The notes under the pieces are model-generated. The model saw only the letters and a program-made list of their open reading frames with translations. It was not told the DNA's origin and ran no database searches. Of a stretch of DNA of 64,000 bases, positions 52,960-64,000 are shown in pieces. The position numbers and the translations under genes were made by a program. Positions within the stretch are counted from its first letter, which is position 1. Every line of letters begins with the position of its first letter. The DNA comes from Callorhinchus milii (Eukaryota). The DNA lies in the NCBI RefSeq assembly GCF_018977255.1, contig NW_024704743.1, positions 73,162,001 through 73,226,000 on the forward strand, written 5' to 3'.

Positions 52960-53456
52960 TAATAATCCTTACATTTGACATAGCACCTTATCACGCTATT
53001 CAAAGTGTTTCACAGGATGTACTGTAAAGTGCTATACTGTGGCTGCATATTTGTAGGCATTTGATATTTCAATTATCATATTTCACTATTTGATATTTTA
53101 AATATCAAATGCAAGGATTATAACTGTGACAGTCAATTTGAGCACAGCAGTGACCCACACTCAAACATGAAGTGAATGCCAAATTTTATCTCGAGGATTG
53201 TTGGCCAGGATTCTAGAAGAAAATCCCTTCTTTTTTCGAACAGCACCATGGGATTTTTAAAGTCCAGCTGAGCAGGCAGGCGGGACTTTAGTTTAATGTC
53301 TCAACTGAAACACGGCACCTCTGAAAATTAACAATGCAGTGGACTGTCACACTGCATGTCAGTATAGAGTGTGAGCTCTGACTCCCGACATAGGGCTTGA
53401 ACCCACAACCATCTGACTCAGAAGTGAGAATGCTACCAACTGAGCCAGGCTGACAC
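52960..53456 (-). mobile_element. Full-length Deu-domain SINE
   Basis: Head gggcttgaacccacaaccatctgactcagaagtgagaatgctaccaactgagccaggctga, Deu core and tail. Confidence 0.82.
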
Positions 53457-53705
53457 ATACTGAGTTATGAGATAGTGATATTTTTTGAAATTTACTAATC
53501 CTGATAATCTTGGAAGGTGACTTTTTTCACACTCCCATTTAGCAATCTGTATTGAACATTGCCTGCAGGTATGGCTGAAAATTCTTTGTTTCATTGCCTT
53601 TGAGCTTCGTTGACTAATTTGTGCAAGTGTTTCCCAGACGAGAGGGTGGATGAGTAAAGTCTACGAAGGAGTGAAGTTTTCATGCATCGAACGCCATTTA
53701 CTTGT

Positions 53706-54065
53706 TATAATAATAATAATCCTTCCATTTGATATAGCACCTTATCACAGTGTTGAGACATCTGAACGCGCTTCACAGAATATACTGTGAAGTGAATTGA
53801 CTATATTTTGTGGGCAAAACGCAGCAGCAAATTGCACACAGCACACAAACAGTCGTGGATTGAGTGACCAAATTATTATTATATATTTATTTATTTTTTG
53901 AAGGGATTATTCCCCTGGAAAGCCAATTGACTAACAATCAGGTTTCAACCTACTGCTAAGTAAACAGAGGCGTGTGGAGTAAGGAAACTTGCCTAAGGTT
54001 TCGCCCTGCCCAGGAATTGAACCTGTGTCCTCTTGCTTGCCAAGCGAGTGCTCTAACCTATACGC
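53706..54065 (-). mobile_element. Older, longer variant of the tRNA-Ala SINE; similar copies at 63760-63970 and a partial one at 59681-59880
   Basis: Same head and tail as the 15489 SINE plus an extra segment of about 55 bp (ccctggaaagccaattgactaac...ctactgctaagtaaacag). Confidence 0.85.
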
Positions 54066-57000
54066 TCCATATGCTCCAGGGCTCCATATGTTGCAGGCTT
54101 TCTTATGTTTTCATATCATGATTTCCATTTTAGTGGCAGGCAGCAGCATCTGCAAATAATGTGACGCAATCCTCTCCTCTTCCCCTGTCTTTGTTTGTGT
54201 TTATTTTCTTTCAAATAAAGGACCATGAAACGACCAGCAAGTTTGTTCATTTAGATTTGATAGCTATTTTGAAATCACACACAGAGGAGTACAATCCATT
54301 TTCTAGAGCAGGGTTTGGTGGGCCACAAAGCATACTGCATGTTCATGGGTTCTTGGGTTCTTGTGTAATTTGTATATAATGACATTGACCAAAGTGATTG
54401 TTACAATGTTAACATTTGAAGTGTGCAAAATATATTTGACTGACCATGTAAACTCTTGCCTGACCTTTTGAATCACACATTTCATTAATTTTAGTTTAGG
54501 TTCTATCTGCTTTGAGAGCAGGGAAGGGATATTACAAATAGGAGAGCAGAGGGATTCTGATAAGATGAAGAAACATTGCATTAAAAGCATGTTAAACATG
54601 ATCTCTTCTGTTAGTTGTTCACAAGGCTCCCTGAATGCCGTTATTGCTGTCAAATGGTGAGATTTATGGGAAAGATAATGCGCCTGCAGACATTATGAAC
54701 TGCCAGATGGATCTGTAATATTGCTATTGGCACGAAGCAGAGGTTTATAACAGAGTGGATTTTGGACTAGTTTTAAGAGGTTATAGTTAGTGCATTTACA
54801 TATAAAGTATGCCATTAAATATGAGAGTACATTAAGAATTATTGTATATCTACTTTATTGTTAATTATTAGTCGGAAAGGCTAACACTGTAACATAAAAC
54901 AGTAGGGAAATGTATATAATCAATCGTTGATATGATATTTGATAATGAAAGTATCTTTTAATATATCACATTTCTGTGTTCCATTCACTTTTATACAGTT
55001 TCTGATAATTAGTCAGTGTAGAGTAGAGCCCAATATCCATACTGATTGGGACTGGCCTATTTGCTTAAAAATACACAACCACTGCACTTTAAAGTAAAAC
55101 CCTGTGAAGGTTTGAGTTGCTTTCATGTGAGAAGGCGGTTTATAATATTGAAGGATTATTATTATGGTGAACCTAGAAACAGTGGGCATATCAGGTCATC
55201 ATACAACAAATATAAAATACAAATCTGACTGCGTGCCTTTCAGTCTGTGTCTCTGCCTTGTCTCTTGGATTCTCTGTGTGTCTTTCCAACTCTCGCTCAC
55301 TCTCTGAGCGTCTGACACTCTTTTTCTCACTCTCATTCTCTTATTCTTTCTAACACCTTAACCCTGTGCCCATACCTGTATCAGATTACTGAATTAAATA
55401 ATCTAACTGGATCCCATGCTGCCAGTTTAAACATATACTCAGCAACAATTGTTACATCGAGAAGACATCTCAATGCACTTTGTACAGCTAATTGGTAGCC
55501 CAAGCTGAATTTACTTTCAGGATCTCAGTCCCGGTGTGGATAAGTGAACATGTGGTTATCTGGCAAGCTGATATATGACACTCCACCTGTGTTCTCTGAT
55601 ATCACGTTGAAGATGTCACCTTTTTCTCCTAACTATTACTCAGGATAGTTTTGTTCCACAAACAATAGCGGTACCTCCCCTTGTGTTCAAGAGGACCAGA
55701 CAGCACAGGTCCAGGGTTGTGAAGGGGATTTTAGGATCAAGAACAGCATGTATTTATTTATTTTATTCTGAGGATAAATAACAACTGAAATGGGTCACCA
55801 GATAGGGTGGTTGAGGCCAAGATAGTGGACACATTTGAGAAATGGCTTGATGGTATAATTGGGAGATGGTAGAGTGGATATTCTGGTAATGCTAGACCAA
55901 ATAGACCGTAGGACCTTCCTCATCCAAACCTCTTTTGTGATCTTTACGTATGAGTCAAGGTTGCTTATTTAATAATGCAGGATATGGCAACCAAGCTTTA
56001 TCATGTTCTCTCCTGGCCAGGAAGGGTCTATGTGGAGCAATCAGGCGTGGGTTAGCTGATTTTTTTCTCACTTACCTAGCACTGAGGCACTAAGGATAAT
56101 TGTAGTGCTCTTAATGTTGTCTTTTGAGACAAGCCAATTCAGCAGAGCAAGCGTGTTTAATACAGCCATGAGATTTGTAGCATAAAAAAATCTTTCAATA
56201 GATCCTTATAGTTTTTTTCCCCCCTGCATGTTAAATACACCCATCTGTTATGTTGTTGGTTTTAATCATTGAGGCAGTGACAGTTCTTTCAGATCCTTTA
56301 GTTCTCTGTTTCATGTTCATCTTCAACAGATTCCAAAACCTCTAACAGTATTGGCTAAGTAGCAAATGTCTCAGTTGCCCTCATCTCTGTTGGCACTGTC
56401 TTTTTTCTAGTCTTGGAATGGATGATTGCTGGTATTTATTACAGTGTTGCAGTGTTCACTATTTGTAGCCCTCTTGGTAGCTGTTTAGCTGTTCAGGCTG
56501 AGCAATTTTTGTTGTTAAATTGTGGTTTTGTTACATTTACAATGCACTGAACCTTTTCAGGATGATAAAAGCCACCACAGTATTTTTGACTTTCATTTGT
56601 TAATTTGATGTTAACATATGTGATAGTCAACAAATGTACTGTATGTATTCTCTGTTTTTTTCCACTTGAAATTTGTGTTCGCATTAAACTAATCCATGCT
56701 CTAAATAATACAATTAGCATCACTATGATTTTCAACTAAGCATATGTGCATTTGTAACTCCGGTTACTGCTGATAGTCATGTGGGAGTGTGTGACCTGTT
56801 CTCCTTCCTTCTTAGCTAAAGGATGTGTGGGAGTGAACGACTGTCAGAAGGATCAAAACCGTGAGAGCAATGGAAGAGAAATGTAAATTTACAAAGATAT
56901 ATCTTAATATTTATGATATTCATTGTGTCTACTATATTAATACCATGCACAAAAATGGCATAAGTAAGGCTGTCAATTAACAGGTAGAGCTACATCATAT

Positions 57001-60000
57001 AAAATTTAATTATTTTGTGCAACCGTATTGCAGAGAGGAAATAACATATCATCCAATGGGCCTTACCTGGAAGGCTCAGAAAGGGAATAAATTGCATTGT
57101 TGCCATGCGATCCAACTAATATTGGTAGCTGTGCTAGGTGGTCAAGTGTTGTCACTGAGATTTATTATATAAAAGGCCTAATTGAGCACCATCATTCCAG
57201 AGCCACACTGCAGGGTTTTGACGAATGGGGCATTGGAACACATAGTCTTTATCTCACCACTGAAGCAATGCATCCTTTAAATGTATTCCCTCTCCTCTAT
57301 GTTGTGATCATAATAATAGAAGGAAAGCAAAGGGAGGTCACAGCTCTCCTTTTCGCCAGGTTAATTGGTCAGTAAGGTATTGTCAGTTTTACAAAAAAAT
57401 GAGAAGTTCACCCCAAAACAGCAACTGCAATCATGTCTCAACACATGCAGGATTACAGGGCAACTTGCCAGCTTGTTTTTTCATTTCTTTTTACTTACAT
57501 ATACAGATTTATTTTTCCATGATACAGCATGAAACAGGCCACTCAATCCAACTAGTCCACACTAGTGTTTATACTCCAAGCACCTCTATTCCCCTCTCCC
57601 TCATGCATGCATTAAGCTTCTCTTAGATACAGTGATACTATTTGTTTCCTGACTGACTTGCTTACAACATCTTTTTTCTCCCAATTTGTGAATGGCTTTA
57701 TGAAACTAAAAAGGTAATTAATTATGTCTGTCATTTGGGCCTGAGTGGTCTCAGGGCAAACATCTTGGATAAATAATTCTCTTTGGATCATCTATGAGCA
57801 CTCACCTTGTTGCTAGAAGAAAGCTAAAACTTTGTGTTCTTAGACCATCTTTTGAACTTGTGTCCCTTGATCGAGCGAGTTATTTCAGTTCTCAATGAAG
57901 CCATGAAATGCAGCAGATTTTTAACAGGCATGAATTGTGGAACAGCTGATTAGTGGATTTGCATGAGAAGCATACTATTAAACATCAGCATACATTAAAA
58001 TTATTGTGTATCTACTTTATTATAAATTATTACAAGGAAATTATAACACTTTCAAGATAAAATAGCAATTCTAATAATTAAAGAAAGATTAAAAAGAAAA
58101 ATGTTGTTTGAGGCGATGAACAAAGTGGTATTTGACTTAAGTTGTTGTGTTAATATAACTAAATGACGGTTCATTTCTAGGCTTTCATACAGTTATTAAG
58201 TCATTGAGTGCAAATAGTTCCTTCAGTGCTTTGCAGGCAGTACTAATAATTCATCTGAATATTACAATGTTTGTACTTTGAATAGATGGGATGGCACATC
58301 TGTAGTTACCTCTGACTTTGTTGCTGGCAGGCTAAGAAGCATGCGTACTAAAACCATCTCACATAGAATTAAAGAAAGTTTACAGCACTGAAGAAGGCCA
58401 TTCAGCTGATCTTGTCTGTGCTTGTGGTAGCTCATCCACTTTAGCTATTTACTCTAAACCTATTTCCTTGTTATTGCTGCACCTTTTACTTATTTTTCCA
58501 TGAAGTATGTAATCCAATTCCCTTTTACGAGCTTTTGTGGAATCAGCCTCAACAGCCATTTTTGGTAACACACTTGTGTGCCTGTCTGAAAGCTTTTTCA
58601 GTTTTATATCTCTCTACTCTGTAAAAAAAATACAATTTAGAGTATTTCATTTCTTTGTTCTTCCTACTAAATTGGTCGCAGGAAAATTCAAAATTGTTCT
58701 TGGTAATTTCACAAAACTGTTTGAACATTTGAAACGTGCATATCTGTACCAAAGTATCAGTGCCAAGATATTATTCTGAATGACAAACTACTGTGTGCTC
58801 CTTGCATTATTGCTGTTTCAGATTCAAACACAGATGTCTAATCTATCAGAAAAAAGATGATGGGTGGGGGTGGGGGGGCGATAGTTTTAAAACTCAATGT
58901 TCAAATCAAAGTACGAAGTCCATGTGAATATTTGTCTTGTCGACATTTCTTTTCGTTCAACTGAAAAATTTGGTGCTGTATCAGATTATGATCTGATTTG
59001 CTTCCCCCAATCTGCCCCCTAATAAAACAATGAAGAATTCCTGAAAGATCTACTGCATAATTTGTTGATAGACATAAAACACATGTATTGCGTTAAACAG
59101 TGCTTGACTGAAATAATCTGAGTGCACTTTGTTGGACTGGGTCAACCTAAACCTAAGCAACACACAGAATGGGCTGTGGTGGAGAACATTGATCTGATTT
59201 TCATTGGCAATAGAGTTATGAAATATTGCTTTAAATTCAGCCTTGCAAGCATCCCAGTGAATTGTTTAAATTTATGGTCTTAAGAACCATTTCAGCCCTG
59301 GACCTCACCCAAATGAGTTTGCAGCAATTTATATTGAGAAGCATCCAATCCATTCTCACTGATTTATATTGTGTAGCACCCAATCAAGGCTCAGCTGATC
59401 AGAGAATGGCATTCTACAGTATTAGGTGTTTTTGTGCTGAGCTCAGGTCACAGGACTGAGCTCAGCACAAATAAATAACTGGGTATTTTGAAACTCCCTC
59501 ACCGCACTAACAAACAATATTGTATAATGTTGTTTGTTATAATATATATGTTATATATGCAGGATTAATTTTTATGGATTTATTTTTTAAATTAATTCAT
59601 CCTTAACTTTTTGAAATATATACTTTATCAATATAATTTATTTATCGGGGATTAGGGAATATGATAAGGAGGGAGGTAATTAATAATAATAACAATCCTT
59701 GCATTTGATATAGCGCCTTATCACGTCTTTGAAACGTCTCAAAGAGCTTCACAGAATATACTGTAAATTGATTGTATGTTTTGTGGGTGAAATGCAGCAG
59801 CCAATTGCGCACAGCAGTGTCCCACAAACAGTCGTGGTTTGAGTAATCAAATTATGATTGTGATTTTAAGGGATTATTACTAATTGGGTTCGAGGAATAT
59901 CATTAATTGGGTTAAAGCAATTATTATTAATTGGGATGGAGGAATATCAAAAGGGATGAACAGTTCTAATGTTTTTTACCTCTTTCCAAAATGAAAATCT

Positions 60001-61100
60001 TTATGCAGGGGGTGGGGTGTCATAAGTGTTTTACCACCCGAGTGTGAAGGCACCTTGCACCAAAAGCATCACAGGACATTAAGTGCCTCTTCTGCAGGGA
60101 ACCCCATGTGCTTCTCATTGATTTGCGAGACCTTGGCTCCAAATCAACCTTGCATCAAAGTGGAGGACTCACTGGTTGGCTTGACCTAAATGGGATTCCC
60201 TGCAGGAAAAGGAATTTATGTCTCTGGCCACTTTTTATGGCCATGGAACCATTTGCACTGCAGTTTCCCCCATTCTACTTTTTAAGACACCAATGCCTGT
60301 GCAGCACATACTATTTCAGTCTATCCCTTTTACCTTTAATCCAATACTCAAATCAAATATTGCATTTATTCAGTTTTGTTTTGAACCACTTAATCAACTG
60401 TTTTGAAAGAGGGGAAAAATGTTTCTTCTATTCTCTAATCTTGTTCGTACCAGTTATGTTTGTTATGAATTAAAAATTTGTGCCCATGTATACAGTATTT
60501 CATTGCTCCTTAATAATTACCTTAATTGGAGTTTTTATTCCAACAGTGTTGAATTTTTATTATTCATTCATATAAAGTCTTACAATATTATGTAGAGACT
60601 AATGGGTACTTAGAACTGATTATAAGACAGTATCCTCGCTGAGCAATTCACTCACTGCTGTAATCCATGGATATTCAAGCAAGAAAATCGCATCACTATT
60701 GCCTTAACCCCTGCGATTAGATTGCAGCCATGAAATCACTCTTAGGAAGATAATGACCAGATAGATGGTTACCCAGCAGTGACAATGCAATACTCAACCG
60801 TGGAGTTTAGGTGAAAATCTAAATCCTTGGATCGGAACATAAGCAGTTTATAATCTTGAAATCATTCCACAGTGCCTTGTAGTTTATCATGCGCATCCAT
60901 GCTATTATCAAGATCAAATGGAACGACAGGTTTCAAAATATTGTCGTCTTATCTTGGGCAGGAACAACTAGGCTGAGGCCATGCTAGTGTGTAAAGGATG
61001 TTCAGGATAGCTGGTAAGATTGTTAGATCATAGTTTTCCCAACACTTTACTGAACTTGGGTAGGAAAAAAAATGGTGCCTTGATGGTAAGCAATAGTATT

Positions 61101-61610
61101 TCAACAACAACAACAAAATTACATTTTTAGAGCGCCTTCCACGTCGGGAGGATGTCCCAAAGCGCTGAACAGTAGGCTGTCGGGGCCCGAGCATGGGGGA
61201 GGGGTGGTGTACGGGTGAGGGAAGGCAGAGAGGTGGGAGGGAGACCAAAGGCACGCTCCCTCTCTTCCTATTTTCAGGTCTCTGCTGAAGACCTTTCTTT
61301 TCAACCGCTCCTTTGGTCACCTTCCTCCTCCTCCCCCTGGCTTGGCCCTGGGATCCGTTACTGTGAAGCGCTCTGAGACCCCGTCCGGCGTGGAGGGCGC
61401 TATATAAATCCAAATTGTTGTTGTCTTGAGACCGGCCTTGAAGAAGGCAAGGGAGGAAGCGAAGCAAAGGGACTGTGGGATGGATTTCCAGAGTGTGAGG
61501 GCAGAGAGGCTGAAAGCCCAGCCACCGATGGTAGGGCGGGTCGGGCGGGAGACATGGAGTAGGCTGGAGCCTGATGAATGGAGGGAGTGGGCAGAGTTGC
61601 CTTCAAGCAG
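61101..61610. mobile_element. Nested L2 fragments: minus-strand L2 interrupted by a plus-strand L2 3' end (61250-61424)
   Basis: (CAA)n tail at 61101, opposite (TTG)n tail at about 61415, and minus-strand L2 resumes with cttgagaccggccttgaag. Confidence 0.85.
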
Positions 61611-64000
61611 AATCTCAAACTGTTGAATATAATAATAATTCTTGCAATCTATATAGTGCCTTTCATGCCAGCAGTATGTCTTTACAGGATTTTACTGTAT
61701 AGAGCAGCGCTTATTTTGTAGGCGAACATGATAGCTAATTTGTACATAGCATTGAACCACAAACAGCCATGAAGTGAATGGCCAATTGTTGATGTATAGT
61801 AGTTCACTGTAACTGGTGGTCCGCATGGGTGGCTTGGTGGCCGGTGACTGAACCTTAAACTACTACATCCCTATTCTCCAGATCTCCCTCCTCCTTTTAC
61901 TTTGTCTTGCCTCCTCTCTATCTCTCAGATTAGAGTACAGCCATGAAATCACTGTCAGAAAGAAAGAGCTTGTCTCCACCTATCTTTAAATTGTGCCTAA
62001 AAACTCATCAACCACGGCTGTGATCACCTCCCCCTTCCTCCTCCTCTCCCTTGCTCAGCATCCATCCTTGTCATTGTGAAGCATTTCAACATTATCCTAT
62101 GCGAAGGGACTATGCAAATCCAAGTTGATGATTATTTCTGTGGAATAATATACGTATAATTACAGATAACAGCGATGTATTTTTAAATTTCTGTGTATGT
62201 ATTCTTTAAATCGGTTTTCGTTTTGGGGCAGCTTACCTTCAAAGGGACATCAGTGTTTTGGAAAATGATGAGAAAGAAGAACAATGTCAATAATTTTGGA
62301 TTCTTAACATGTGAGGAGAAGCTTGCAGACCCAAACAACAACAACTTACATTTGTATAGTGCCTTTCACCTCGAAAGGACGTCCCAAAGTGCTGAAACAA
62401 AACTAGTGATCATTGGAGAAAAAGGATTGCAACAGGATTTGATCTGGAGCTTTAAAATACTGCAAGGGATAAATTGATAGAGCCCCATTTTATTTCACAG
62501 GTTTTGGGGTCCATAAAATCCCAATGTAAACATTTTGGATTTTTGGTAGGTAACTGTCAGGGTCCATACCCCTATAAATGAATCTGTGTTATAATGGGTA
62601 GATGGTAAACATGCTTTGTCACATGTTTAACATCTACTTTGGATGGTAAACAGGTTTTATGAGAGCAGGGGAATATGGTGGCATAGAATTGTGCTGGTTG
62701 CCTTTGGAGATCAGGAATTGTCTGTACAAAAATGTCCAATAAAAGCAGTTTGGGGAATTGTTTTAGTGCTGCCAGTACAATCCTTGCAGTTGATGCATGA
62801 TGATGTCCAAATTGAAGAGATGAAGATCATGAGATTATTAATGTGAGCATACTGAGAGAATACTTGCAGGTCTTTATTTGCAGGCAGTACACCTTGCATT
62901 GTATTGGATGGTTTGCAACATAAATCTTTTAGACAAAGATTTTAAAAGAAGGAAGTTCCCCTCTGAAATACATATAAGGTGACATTGAAAAATTGCAGTG
63001 ATGCCTGAGACCATTCCAGAGTGAACTATATTACATAGAGTTTTACTCAGTAATGAACTGCTTTGTATCTAACTGCTGACAGACCTTATTTAGGGAGTAA
63101 TTGCATGAAATCATTTTCACTTTTCAACGTTTACCCAATGACAGTCATTGTGCAGCCTTGCCTGAGGAGAAAGCCTAAAAAATGCCAACGAAAATGCTCT
63201 TAATTAATTTACTAAGCTGTTTATAATGTTTATAATGGCTGAAATCCAATGAGACAGTTTGACAATCTCATTGGCATTCCTTATCAGTAATCTAGAAATT
63301 CATCCAGAAATCTTGTCTGTTAAGACAATGTCTATGTTTTTTAAAAAATGCCTTTAGAAGAATAGCCACTTGTATAGGATCATTAACGAAAAGAAAGCCT
63401 CAAAGCGCTTAACATTGGAACAATAGTTGACAAAAAAACAAAAATCAGGAGATGATTGAAGGTAAGGTTGAAGAAATATAACTTCAGGCAGGGAAGGAGG
63501 GAGCAAAATAAAGTGGTTTTGAAATTAAGTTCCAGAGAACTAGGACAATGGTGGTGGCTTAAGACTCAACCTCTGTTTGGAAGTTTGGAGTGGGGCTTTT
63601 ACACAAAAATTCCTGGTAAATTCAGTGAACACTGGGATACATATTAAAACATCAAATAAAACCTGTCTAATCAAGTTACATGCTAACAAAATATCAATTT
63701 TATATATTTTTAAAAGTAGTACTCATACTAATAATAAAAATAGTATTTTGTATTGCATTTTGCATTTGGCATAGCGCCTTATCATGTCATTGAGAAGCCA
63801 ATAGAGCACAGCAGTGTCCCACAAACAATTATGGATTGAGTGACCAATTTTTTTTGAAAGGATTATTACCCCTGGAAAGCGATCGGCCAATTGACTAAGA
63901 ACCGGGTTCCTACTTCCTGCTAGGTAAACAGGTGTGAATTGAACCCGGGTCCTTTTGTTCATTGGCAAATTTGGGGCTCAAATGTCCACGAAGATATTCA

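Noticed and set aside
56816..56860. 45-nt cassette exon after a good polypyrimidine acceptor
   Set aside because: The donor ACC|gtgaga is weak, phase 0 hits TGA at codon 7 and there is no family similarity; unsupported without transcripts.

Overview
Eukaryotic, repeat-rich vertebrate DNA. The repeat families (L2 and CR1 LINEs, Deu-domain SINEs, LF-SINE-like relics, a tRNA-Ala-derived SINE with an L2 tail) point to a cartilaginous fish, possibly a chimaera such as Callorhinchus; this is inference. Almost every ORF in the supplied track is a retroelement fragment or noise. The real gene signal is missed by that track: two small plus-strand coding exons with canonical AG/GT ends, 20993-21060 (68 nt) and 31293-31379 (87 nt). 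They splice in frame to (G)[51 protein letters not shown], the end of a G-patch domain plus the linker preceding the C2H2 finger in the GPATCH8/ZNF804A/ZNF804B family. The peptide diverges from human GPATCH8 as I recall it (about 38/52 identical, with an acidic-to-basic swap) and sits among very long introns. It may therefore be a ZNF804-type paralogue that kept the ancestral G-patch exons. The introns hold stop-containing cassette-exon candidates (one with NOVA/RBFOX-type motifs), Penelope-type fragments with minimal hammerhead ribozyme motifs, an R4/Dong-like fossil in two inverted halves, RTE-like 3' ends, two SINE/LINE tail-sharing pairs and MITEs. All family names and reference sequences are from memory, not from database searches; repeat boundaries are approximate.
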